Shown here in pieces: positions 1-9,094 of a DNA stretch of 64,000 nucleotides; positions within the stretch are counted from its first letter, which is position 1; every line of letters begins with the position of its first letter. Source of the DNA: Clostridia bacterium (GTDB taxonomy: Bacteria; Bacillota; Clostridia; Lachnospirales; Anaerotignaceae); assembly GCA_022786605.1 (NCBI GenBank), contig JALFWW010000018.1, positions 7,558 through 71,557 on the forward strand, read 5' to 3'. A program made the translations under genes and the position numbers. The notes beneath the pieces were generated by a model. That model was given only the letters and a program-made list of their open reading frames with translations. It made no database searches and was not told the DNA's origin.

Positions 1-1946
1 CCGGTGAATGTACTGCCGTCCACACGCAGTTCCACAATGCCGTCCGCTGCCAGCGCACCGCCATAAGCCGCACGGTTTCCGCGGAATGTGGTATCTCTTA
101 CGGTCACTTTCACAGGGGTTTCGGATTTGCTGTTGCTGATATAGACCGCGCCGCCGCGTCCCGCGGCTTTGTCTGCTCCTGCCTGAAGAACATTGTTCTC
201 AAATGTGCAGCCAATGATGTTGACAACGGGAGGTTTGCCACCGTCATAAATATACAATGCGCTGCCGCCATCTGCCTCACCGGCATTCTGGGCTTTCACA
301 CCTTTTACTGTCACATTGCGGAAAGTGATCTCCGCTCCGTCTTTTACAGTGAATATCCCATTCTGTTTCCCAGAGAAAGATGCGCCGTCCAGCACCATAT
401 CTTTGATTTCCATACCTGTGGCAGCACCGTCTTTGCCATCCACCAGGAAAGAGAGCGCTCCATCTGCCGTAAGGGTATGCCCGCCGCCGTCCAGCACCAA
501 ACCTTTTGTCTGGATGGATACTCCATGGGAATCGGCTGCGGTGATGTTCTCCTGCAAACGGATGGTGTCGTCTTCCTTTGCCTTTTCCAGCGCCTCTGTG
601 AAACCCTTCCAATCGGACACAGTATGCACTTCTCCTCGTTTAGAAGAACTGCTGGAACTGCCAGAGGAATGCTTCTTCTCTTTGGCACCGATTTCCTTTT
701 CTTCGGTTTTCTTTTCTGTAGTCACAGATGTTTGGGGCTGTACTTCTTTTCCGTTCGCCTGAACGTCAGACACATTTTCCCCTGCTGTGACTTTTGTATT
801 TTCCGTAGAAACCTGTATATGGTCTTCGTTGGCATATACTTCCGCAACGATGCCTGTACCGCCAACCTGAGTTCCCTGGGCTTTCGCTTCCACTTTGGAA
901 ACTGCACCATCTTTTTCCACTTGAATTTTAGCGTTTTCCGCGCCTTCCTGTATCTGGATGGTATCTACTTTCCCTTCTTCCAGCGTCAGGACCGCTGTTT
1001 TGGAAACCGCAACATTTTCAAAATCACCGGATAATTTTGTGTCACTTTGCAGATTCACAACCCCCAGATGGCTGTCCACTGCCGTGATGGCAGCAGTCTG
1101 TACTGGATTGGCTGCCAGCACCCCTTTGCCGGTACTGCTTTTGGAAAGTTCCACACCTTCAGCGCCGCCGCGGATCAAAATTCTGCCTTCTACATTCACA
1201 CGATCCAGCTGCACCGCATCAGCACCATCAGCAATGATCAAATCCCCTTTGACCGTCACATTATCCAGCACTGTATCGCCTTTTCGTACAATCAGGTTGC
1301 CTTCCACTGTGGAATCTGCTGTTTTGCCTTCTTCCGCGATGTTTCCTGCCAAATGATAGAGCACCTGAGAAAATTCCGCTCTGGTAATGGGTGAAAGAGG
1401 ATCAATCTGTCCATCATTACCATGGATATAGCCCGCCTGTGCCATGGCTGCCACAGCACCCTTTGCCCAAGACGCGATCTGCTCACTGTCCGCATATTCC
1501 TGCAGCGCGTCTGGATTGCCCTGCTCCAGGCAATAAAATCTTGCCAGCACCGCAAACACTTCCTGTCGGGTAATGGGTGCCTCCGGTCGCAGCAGACCAT
1601 CGCCGCCTGTAAAAGTACCCATCTGTACAGCCTTTGCCATATCTTCATAATACCACGCGGACGCTGGCACATCTTTGTATTCGGTGAGCGAAGCCCCTTT
1701 CGCCGCACCGGCAAGACGATTGAGTATCGCTGCCATTTCTGCCCGCTTTAATGTATCATTGGCACGAATCCTCCCATTGTCCCCGCTTAGTAAGCCATGA
1801 CTAACTGCATGAGATAATGAATCTGTTGCCCAATTATTTGGAAAATCCACAAAGTCCGTTGGTGAAGCCGCAAATACCGGTGTCGGTATGGCAATGGACG
1901 CTGCCATCAATGCGGCCAGGACTTTTTTCTGGTGTTCTTTTCCCAT
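1..1946 (-). CDS. SLH-domain cell-surface protein with C-terminal beta-helix (pectin-lyase/Pmp-like) region; 3' end runs off the window
   Basis: Missing from the ORF track because it is open to the edge. Manual translation from ATG 1946 (RBS AAGGAGTG): MGKEHQKKVLAALMAASIAIPTPVFA signal, three SLH repeats (LKRAEMAAILNR, ITRQEVFAVLAR, ITRAEFSQVLY), later GGSALYI/GGAVYI/FENN/FRGN repeats. Confidence 0.85.
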   Translation of the reverse strand, partial: MGKEHQKKVLAALMAASIAIPTPVFAASPTDFVDFPNNWATDSLSHAVSHGLLSGDNGRIRANDTLKRAEMAAILNRLAGAAKGASLTEYKDVPASAWYYEDMAKAVQMGTFTGGDGLLRPEAPITRQEVFAVLARFYCLEQGNPDALQEYADSEQIASWAKGAVAAMAQAGYIHGNDGQIDPLSPITRAEFSQVLYHLAGNIAEEGKTADSTVEGNLIVRKGDTVLDNVTVKGDLIIADGADAVQLDRVNVEGRILIRGGAEGVELSKSSTGKGVLAANPVQTAAITAVDSHLGVVNLQSDTKLSGDFENVAVSKTAVLTLEEGKVDTIQIQEGAENAKIQVEKDGAVSKVEAKAQGTQVGGTGIVAEVYANEDHIQVSTENTKVTAGENVSDVQANGKEVQPQTSVTTEKKTEEKEIGAKEKKHSSGSSSSSSKRGEVHTVSDWKGFTEALEKAKEDDTIRLQENITAADSHGVSIQTKGLVLDGGGHTLTADGALSFLVDGKDGAATGMEIKDMVLDGASFSGKQNGIFTVKDGAEITFRNVTVKGVKAQNAGEADGGSALYIYDGGKPPVVNIIGCTFENNVLQAGADKAAGRGGAVYISNSKSETPVKVTVRDTTFRGNRAAYGGALAADGIVELRVDGSTFT

Positions 1947-2033
1947 GTTTGTATCACTCCTTTTCTTTTGTTGTACATAAACCAATGCCTTTTTCCCAAT
2001 TTATCCCCGTTTTGGGAAATCGTTTCCGCCCAT

Positions 2034-2090
2034 AAGTTAGCTTATGCTAACTTGCGTATCCAATATATCATGTCCGACATTTCTTGTCAA
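2034..2090 (-). promoter_or_regulatory. sigma70 promoter with palindromic operator for the SLH gene
   Basis: TTGACA (2085-2090), 17 bp, TATATT (2062-2067) with extended TG; perfect inverted repeat AAGTTAGC-ttat-GCTAACTT at 2034-2053. Confidence 0.65.
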
Positions 2091-2155
2091 TAATAGAATC
2101 CGCATTCCTTTTATCAGACAAAAAGCGAACAGCAATGACTGCCGTTCGCTCAAAA

Positions 2156-3172
2156 TCATCCTTTCCATATCGCTATAGGGTCTTTTGTCTGTGGCGTATA
2201 AATATCCCGCAGCCCTTCTGTGACCAGTATTTTTCCCTCATCCGTCATCATCACCGCGTCAAACAGCCCTTTGTGTTCCTGCCAAAAGGTTTCTGCTTTT
2301 TCCGGTCCCATGATAAAAAGTACCGTAGAAAGGGCATCCGCCAATGTGCCATCCTCACTGACAATGGTCACGGAAAGAAAGCCGTTTTCCGCAGGATATC
2401 CTGTTCTGGGGTCGATGATATGATGATACAGCTTACCGTTTTCTGTAAAATTACGCTGATATCCGCCAGAAGTGATAACTGCTTTATCTGCCACCTCCAA
2501 AACGCCAAAATATCCCTCGGGATTTCTTGGATCTTCCAAAGCGATCCGCCATAGACTGCCGTCCGGTTTCGTTCCCAATGTCTGCACATTTCCTCCCAAG
2601 GAAACAATACCGGAGGAAACGCCTGTTTCCCCATAAATTTCCATAATACGCTGAGAGGTGTATCCCTTGGCAATTGCCCCCAGATCAATGGTCACCCCAT
2701 CCAGCAGCGTGATGGTGTTTCCCTCAATGCGTATTTTGGAACCATCCACTTTTTCCAGCTGTTCCGCCAGTTCCTCTGCCGATGGCACACGGAAATTGCC
2801 GTCACGGAACCCCCATATCTTCATGACCGGAGCGATGGTGCAGTCAAAAAGCCCTTCTGTTTCCTTGGACACTTCTGCCGCTTTGGAAATAACAGCAAGA
2901 GTGTCTGGCTCCACCTGTCTTTGTCCCCTTTGATTCAGCTGATATACATCTCCTTTTTCACCGCTGACAGAGAGCAGTTCATCCAATCGCTGTACTTCTT
3001 TGCCTGCCGCCTTTACAGCCATTTCTGATTTTTCTCCATAGGCGCTGAGTGTCATATAAGTGTCCATGGCAAATATTTCTTCTTTGTAATGGGCAGGTTC
3101 CGCTTCTGATGGGCTGTCGCAGCCCCCCAGCAACGTGGCGCAGCAACATACCGCCAATACTATTTTTTTCAT
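2156..3172 (-). CDS. apbE: FAD:protein FMN transferase lipoprotein (ApbE)
   Basis: Lipobox LGGC; motifs FAMDT, IDLGAIAKGY, SLGGN, TSGGYQR, HHIIDPRTGYP, ADALST. Confidence 0.93.
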   Translation of the reverse strand: MKKIVLAVCCCATLLGGCDSPSEAEPAHYKEEIFAMDTYMTLSAYGEKSEMAVKAAGKEVQRLDELLSVSGEKGDVYQLNQRGQRQVEPDTLAVISKAAEVSKETEGLFDCTIAPVMKIWGFRDGNFRVPSAEELAEQLEKVDGSKIRIEGNTITLLDGVTIDLGAIAKGYTSQRIMEIYGETGVSSGIVSLGGNVQTLGTKPDGSLWRIALEDPRNPEGYFGVLEVADKAVITSGGYQRNFTENGKLYHHIIDPRTGYPAENGFLSVTIVSEDGTLADALSTVLFIMGPEKAETFWQEHKGLFDAVMMTDEGKILVTEGLRDIYTPQTKDPIAIWKG

Positions 3173-3387
3173 GATTTCTTTCCACCTCCAGATTGTTAGT
3201 TATAACTAACTGCTTGAGACAGCATATCATTTCTGTATTTACCTGTCAATATCCTGAGCAGACAACAAAAAAGATATGCGCCCCAAAGTTTCATTCAGAA
3301 ACAAAAAAACATTTTCTGAATGATCCCTTCTACAACGCATATCTTTATGATTCTCAAAAAGTGGAAAAGGGGCATTTTCATGATTTA

Positions 3388-4158
3388 TCAGCAGGAAACC
3401 AGTTCCAGAACGCCTCTGATATCCTGTACCACATAATCCGCGCCAGCCGCGAAATAAGTTTCTGTTGCTTTCTTGCATGCCGCTTCTTTTTCTTCTTTGG
3501 ACATGCTTTCGTATTCTGTCTGTGTCAGACCCAATACAGAACTGCCTTCAATGATACCTACAGCAACCATGCCTGCATTTTTGCCTTCTTTGATATCAGC
3601 TACAGTATCACCAACTTTCATGACTCTGGAAACATCCTGCAATTTCAGGGCTTCCATGTTTTTGAAAATCATGTACGGGAAAGGTCTGCCACATTTGCCT
3701 ACAGCGTCAGGGCTGAACCAGCAGTCAGGAGCGTATCCTTTTTCTTTTGCCTTTGGAATGACCACTGCCATCATTTCATTGGTGTATCCTGTAGTAGAAC
3801 CAATTTTTAAGCCCATTTCACGCAGTTTTTGGATGGTTTCTACCACATAAGGCTTGGGTTCCGCAAAACGGCTGAGGATTTCCATGATCTTCTTTTCGAA
3901 GAGTTCATAAACACGCTGTACGTCATCCTCTGTCCAATCTCTGCCCTGTTTTTCTTTCCACAGGTCATGGATTCTATCCATGGAAAGCATGGTGCGGATA
4001 TGGTCGATCTTCAGCATGCCCATGGGTTTGCGCACTTCTTCCAGTGTGGGTGTGATGCCGAATGTTTCAAATGCTTCCACAAATGCCTGCACAGGTGCAA
4101 AGCTGCCATAATCTACGGTTGTTCCAGCCCAGTCAAAAATAATTCCGTCAAATTTCAT
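3388..4158 (-). CDS. phnX: phosphonoacetaldehyde hydrolase (phosphonatase)
   Basis: FDWAGTTVDYGS HAD motif I, PMGMLKIDHIR Schiff-base Lys, KVGDTVADI; adjacent to phnW. Confidence 0.95.
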   Translation of the reverse strand: MKFDGIIFDWAGTTVDYGSFAPVQAFVEAFETFGITPTLEEVRKPMGMLKIDHIRTMLSMDRIHDLWKEKQGRDWTEDDVQRVYELFEKKIMEILSRFAEPKPYVVETIQKLREMGLKIGSTTGYTNEMMAVVIPKAKEKGYAPDCWFSPDAVGKCGRPFPYMIFKNMEALKLQDVSRVMKVGDTVADIKEGKNAGMVAVGIIEGSSVLGLTQTEYESMSKEEKEAACKKATETYFAAGADYVVQDIRGVLELVSC

Positions 4159-5252
4159 GCCTTTTTCTCCTCCACATAACTTCTGAAAATTTCACACAGT
4201 TTTTCCATGTCTTCCTCATAGATTTCACCGATATGACCGATACGGAATGTTTCCGCGTCTGTCAGTTTACCAGGATAGATGGCATAACCGCGGTCTTTGA
4301 TATACTGATACATTTCCCCGAAATCGTAATGGGTGTTTTCAGGATAATAGAATGTAGTGATGATAGGTCCCTGTGCTTCCCCTTCGATGAAAGGTTTGAA
4401 GCCCATTTCGCCCATGTGTTTTACCAGATAATCTTTGTTGTTTTTATAGCGTGCATGTCTTGCGGGAATGCCGCCTTCCGCATCCAGTTCTTTCAGTGCC
4501 TGCCAGAATGCCAGCACCACATGGGTGGGAGAAGTGAAACGCCATTTGCCGTCTTTGTGCATGGTTTCCCACTGGTCATACAGATCCAGAGAAAGGCTTC
4601 TTGCTTTGCCTTTGCTTTCCATGAGTTTGTCTGTGCGGCAGATAATGAAGGAAAAACCGGGCACGCCCTGAATACATTTATTAGCGCTGCTGATGATGAA
4701 GTCAATGCCCCATTCCCCTACAGGAATGTCTACGCCGCCAAAGCTGCTCATGGCGTCTACGATCATGGTCTTGCCTGCTGCTTTCACAACCTTTGCCACG
4801 GAAACGATGTCATTGAGGATACCGGAAGTGGTTTCGCTGTGTACCATGGAAACGTGTGTCACCTGAGGGTTTTCTTCCAGCAGTTTTGCCACTTTTTCCG
4901 CGGAAGGCATCTGGTCATAAGGTTCATCGTACATGATGTAGGAAATGCCTGCGTGTTTTGCAATGTCGCCCATACGTTTGCCGTATGCACCGTTGGCACA
5001 GATCAGCAGTACATCGTCTTTGCCGATGACGCTGGTCAGTACGGATTCCACACCGAATGTGCCGCTGCCCTGCATGAGAACAGTGGTGTATTCCGGTTCA
5101 GAAACGTGTGCCAGTTCCAGCAGTTTTTCGCGGATGGCACGGGTGATTTTCTTATAATCTTCATCCCATGTGCAGTGGTCGTCCATCATCTGCTGTTTTA
5201 TAGTAGCGGTCGTGGTCAAGGGACCGGGTGTCAGTAATTTATAATGTAACAT
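4155..5252 (-). CDS. phnW: 2-aminoethylphosphonate--pyruvate transaminase
   Basis: LLTPGPLTT, GSGTFGVE, HSETTSG, DAMSSFG, SSANKCIQG (PLP Lys), WRFTSPTH. Confidence 0.95.
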   Translation of the reverse strand: MLHYKLLTPGPLTTTATIKQQMMDDHCTWDEDYKKITRAIREKLLELAHVSEPEYTTVLMQGSGTFGVESVLTSVIGKDDVLLICANGAYGKRMGDIAKHAGISYIMYDEPYDQMPSAEKVAKLLEENPQVTHVSMVHSETTSGILNDIVSVAKVVKAAGKTMIVDAMSSFGGVDIPVGEWGIDFIISSANKCIQGVPGFSFIICRTDKLMESKGKARSLSLDLYDQWETMHKDGKWRFTSPTHVVLAFWQALKELDAEGGIPARHARYKNNKDYLVKHMGEMGFKPFIEGEAQGPIITTFYYPENTHYDFGEMYQYIKDRGYAIYPGKLTDAETFRIGHIGEIYEEDMEKLCEIFRSYVEEKKA

Positions 5253-5298
5253 GTCTATACTCCTTCAAATTTCTTTCTTTTATCAACTTTCTAAATGC

Positions 5299-6318
5299 TT
5301 ATTTGCAGCTTTCGGACAGTGCCTGATGGCTTTCCAGCAGTTCTACAGTCAGAGGTTCCGCAAATGTCTTAGGATATGCGGACGCGTTTTCGGAAGATGT
5401 TGTTTCTCCTTCATACAGTGCGTTAGGGTAGTATTTCTGTAATTCGCTTCTGCCGTTTTCAATGATGCACTGTGCCATTTCCTGTGCCAGAGGGTTTGTA
5501 GCGTCGCCTTTATCTACAACTGCAACGGATTCTGTCAGAGAGAAGTTGCCTTCTGTAGGGTCAACATAGTTGATGGGCAGACCTTCTGCTTTATCCGCAA
5601 CTGCCTGCTGACGCAGACCGAAACCGATAGCAACTTCACCGGCACGTACTTTTTTCAGAGGTGCGGAACCGGAACTTTCGATGTGAGGACCAGCATTTTC
5701 ATAAATAGCTGTCAGCACTTCTTTCGCGCCTTCTTCCCCATATTCGCTTACCAGTGCCTGAATCAGCAGCCATGCTGTGGAAGAGCTCTTGATGTCTGTC
5801 ACAGAGATCATATCTTTATAAACGGGATTTGTCAGGTCTTTCAGGCAAGTAGGCATGGGCAGGTTGTTTTCCGCTAGCATTTCTGTGTTGACGATGATGG
5901 CGCCTTCCTGAGATGTAATGGGTGCGCAGTATGTTTTTTCACTGCCGTCCAGCAGTTTGTAAGTGAAATTCAAATCCTGGAACATGTTCTGCTGTTCCTG
6001 TGCGCTGTCTACATAAAATGTGCTCAGTGTAATCAGGTCCGCTTCAATGTTTGTGCCTTCTGCCAGCACTTTGCCGCCCAGTTCGGATGTACCGAATGTC
6101 TGGAACATATACTGATTGGCATAACCATTTGCGTCCAGTGTTGCTTTCATGGCTTCCACAGCCTCGTCATCCGCGTTGGAATAAATGATGACCTGTTCGC
6201 CGGAAGATGCGCCGCCGTCAGCGGTTTCTTCTGTGCCGCCGCCGCAGCCAGTCATTGCCAGTGCAGAAAGGGTCATAACCCCTGTCAACAGTAATGCCAA
6301 AGTTCTTTTCTGTTTCAT
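5299..6318 (-). CDS. ABC transporter substrate-binding lipoprotein (probable 2-AEP uptake)
   Basis: Lipobox MTGC; iron/thiamine-type SBP features; co-transcribed with phnWX. Confidence 0.8.
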   Translation of the reverse strand: MKQKRTLALLLTGVMTLSALAMTGCGGGTEETADGGASSGEQVIIYSNADDEAVEAMKATLDANGYANQYMFQTFGTSELGGKVLAEGTNIEADLITLSTFYVDSAQEQQNMFQDLNFTYKLLDGSEKTYCAPITSQEGAIIVNTEMLAENNLPMPTCLKDLTNPVYKDMISVTDIKSSSTAWLLIQALVSEYGEEGAKEVLTAIYENAGPHIESSGSAPLKKVRAGEVAIGFGLRQQAVADKAEGLPINYVDPTEGNFSLTESVAVVDKGDATNPLAQEMAQCIIENGRSELQKYYPNALYEGETTSSENASAYPKTFAEPLTVELLESHQALSESCK

Positions 6319-7955
6319 TGTTCTTTCTCCTTTTTCTTGTTTTCTCTTTTTATTACATACCCCAGAATGCCTTTTACAATCAGGTTGGTTCCAAGGATAA
6401 ACAGCGATAATACAAATACTTCATTGAATTTTGTGTAGTACTGCAATTCTTTGATCTTTGTGGTCAGCACCATGGTTCTCGCCCCTGCGATGAAGATGAC
6501 CGCGCTGACAGTTACCATAGCGTTTACAAAGTAGTAACTGAATACTTCCAAAATGGTGGATTTCATATTGGGCGTGACGATTCGCACAATGGTTTTCATC
6601 CATGTATCACCCATAAGAGATGCGGTGGTTTCCCATGAGCTGTTCAGCTTTTCCAGGGAATTTTTCATCATCAGATAAGGTGTGGAAAAGAAGTGTACCA
6701 CGTTACAAAAAATCATCAGCCAGAATGTGTTCTGCAAAGGTGTGCCGGAAAAAATCAGCATGTAAGCAATACCGATGACCATACCAGGAATGGTGTTGGT
6801 GATGAGGGCAATGCTGTTGATGATGCCTTTCCAGCGGTGTTTCATACTGCTTCGTGCTGTTACCAGTGCAGCCCCATAAGTGATGAGCAGCCCCAGCACC
6901 GCTGTCAGCACTGCCACAAAAATGGAGTTTCTGTATACCATAGTCAGACTGTTGTCATTGAGGACTGCCTGCAAATGTTCCAGTGTAAAAGATGTTTGGT
7001 AAGGCCATTCTTCCACAAAAGGCACCACGAAGATGACCAGGAAGATGGATACCAGCACCAGCAGGATGATGCCGGAGATGATGCCGCAGAACCAATCCCG
7101 CAGGGGATTTTTCTGCAGTTCGATGGTTGAAATTTTGTTATAGCGGATGTTATACCGTTCCAGATACCGCAGAAGTACGATACTGATGACGGAAGGCACC
7201 AGCATCAGCATGGCTACCACAGCCCCCTGCTGGAAGTCCGGGATACTGCCCAGCATTTCGTTGTAAAGCACCGTTGCCACCACATCGTATTTGCCCCCTA
7301 CGGAAGCGGGAATACCATAATCCGTAAAGCAGAGGAAGAAACACTGTACGATGGATGCCGCCAGTGTGCCCAACAGCGGACGGAATACCGTCTGGAAAAA
7401 TGTGGTAACGCCGTTGTCTCCCATGACTCTGGAAACCACCATAAATTTCTTGTCGATATACCCCATGGTGTTGAGGATCAGCAGGAAGGAAATGGGCAGT
7501 GTGTAGATCACATAGCCAAAAAGCAGACCGCCGAAACCATAGATATCAAAAAGCTGTGTGCCCATGAGCTTTGTCAAAAGCCCCTGTTTCCCAAAGGAAT
7601 AAATGATGGCAAAGCCGTATGTAATGGTGGGCAGCAGCATTGGCAGCACTGCCAGCAGGCGGATAAGCTTTTTATATTTCGCCCCTAAGTTCGTATATTG
7701 GATGCTGTAGGCAAGGAAAAACGCCAGCACCGTGGAAATGACCGCACTGGTCATGGAAATAACGATGCTGTTGCCGAAGGCTTCCGCAAAGCCTTTTCCT
7801 GTCAGCACATCGGCATAATTTCCAACGCCCCATCCTGTATCCAGCACAAAGGATTCTCCCAACAGGCGGATGATAGGAACCGCTAAAAACGCCGCAAACA
7901 GTAAGATGGTCACGGCATAAATGACTTTGATTTCTTTTTCTTTCCGTACTACCAT
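6315..7955 (-). CDS. ABC transporter permease, fused double TMD (probable 2-AEP uptake)
   Basis: 546 aa, about 12 TM segments, two EAA-like loops; overlaps the SBP gene. Confidence 0.85.
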   Translation of the reverse strand: MVVRKEKEIKVIYAVTILLFAAFLAVPIIRLLGESFVLDTGWGVGNYADVLTGKGFAEAFGNSIVISMTSAVISTVLAFFLAYSIQYTNLGAKYKKLIRLLAVLPMLLPTITYGFAIIYSFGKQGLLTKLMGTQLFDIYGFGGLLFGYVIYTLPISFLLILNTMGYIDKKFMVVSRVMGDNGVTTFFQTVFRPLLGTLAASIVQCFFLCFTDYGIPASVGGKYDVVATVLYNEMLGSIPDFQQGAVVAMLMLVPSVISIVLLRYLERYNIRYNKISTIELQKNPLRDWFCGIISGIILLVLVSIFLVIFVVPFVEEWPYQTSFTLEHLQAVLNDNSLTMVYRNSIFVAVLTAVLGLLITYGAALVTARSSMKHRWKGIINSIALITNTIPGMVIGIAYMLIFSGTPLQNTFWLMIFCNVVHFFSTPYLMMKNSLEKLNSSWETTASLMGDTWMKTIVRIVTPNMKSTILEVFSYYFVNAMVTVSAVIFIAGARTMVLTTKIKELQYYTKFNEVFVLSLFILGTNLIVKGILGYVIKRENKKKEKEQ

Positions 7956-7958
7956 GAT

Positions 7959-8723
7959 TTATACCGCCTGTGCCATGATTTCCTGATGGAACAATGCAAA
8001 AATGTTATTGCGTTTGATTTCCAGCTGATTCAGGATGAATTCTTTGATGAACGCGTTCTGAGGTGTGGTGATGATTTCTTCCGGTGCGCCATACTGAGAG
8101 ATGGAACCATCGTTGACGATGAGCACTTTATCGGACAGTGTCAGGGCTTCTTCGGGATCGTGGGTAACGATGATGGTTGTCAGATGGTAATCTCTGGCGA
8201 TCTGTTTGATTTTTTCTTTGATGGATTCTTTGATGACACCATCCAGTGCGCTGAGGGGTTCGTCCAGCAGCAGGATCTTCGGTTTCATCACCATGGTTCT
8301 TGCCAGCGCCACTCTCTGTTTCTGACCGCCGGAAAGCCGGTCGATTTTTTTGTTCAAATGAGGTTTCAGACCCAGCAGTTCGATCAGTTCGTTCACTTCT
8401 TCCTGTGTGGAAATGTTAGGTGTATTTTTCAAGCCGTAAGTAATGTTCTGCATGACATTGAGATTGGGGAACAGGGCATAATCCTGAAATACGATGTTGA
8501 AGCCGCGTTTTTCCATGGGCACGTTTTTGATGTCCTGTCCGTCAAAAATGATCTTGCCGCTGTCCGCCTCTGTCAGACCCAGAATCAGATTCAGCAGTGT
8601 TGTCTTGCCGCAGCCGGAAGGACCTAAAATGGAAACGATCTCGCCATCGGAAATGGTCAAATCAATGTTTTTCAGTATAGTTGCACCGTCATAAGACTTT
8701 TTGATGTTTTTCAGTTCTAACAT
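7959..8723 (-). CDS. ABC transporter ATP-binding protein
   Basis: Walker A GPSGCGKT, LSGGQ signature, LLLDEP Walker B, VTHD. Confidence 0.93.
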   Translation of the reverse strand: MLELKNIKKSYDGATILKNIDLTISDGEIVSILGPSGCGKTTLLNLILGLTEADSGKIIFDGQDIKNVPMEKRGFNIVFQDYALFPNLNVMQNITYGLKNTPNISTQEEVNELIELLGLKPHLNKKIDRLSGGQKQRVALARTMVMKPKILLLDEPLSALDGVIKESIKEKIKQIARDYHLTTIIVTHDPEEALTLSDKVLIVNDGSISQYGAPEEIITTPQNAFIKEFILNQLEIKRNNIFALFHQEIMAQAV

Positions 8724-8871
8724 GCTTTTCTCTCCTTCTGTTCATTTCTCATCGTCATAAATTAAAACATATGGGAAAATTTCCAACCATCTTGCTTTTG
8801 TAATTTTTATGTGAAATTTTGATAAAATGCCTTCCTCCGCAAAACAGATATCATTTTCCATTTCCATGTAA

Positions 8872-8938
8872 AAAGAAGCCGGAATCCTTTGTCATCATAA
8901 GGATTTCGGCTTCTTTTGTTTTCTTATGAAGATGCCCC
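8872..8938. repeat. dispersed palindromic intergenic repeat, copy A
   Basis: AAGCCGGAATCCTTTGTCATCATAAGGATTTCGGCTT plus tail TTGTTTTCTTATGAAGATGCCCC; near-identical to 38161-38227. Confidence 0.75.
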
Positions 8939-9094
8939 GAATACTTGGGCTTTTCTCTGCTTTTCGAAAAAACATATCAGCGAAGATACGAATAAAAATA
9001 TGACAGCTGGAATCCTTGATTTCAAAAGAATTCCAGCTGTCTTTCCTTTTTTATGAAGCAGTTCTCAATGCGGTACTGCTTTTCATGTTTCTAT

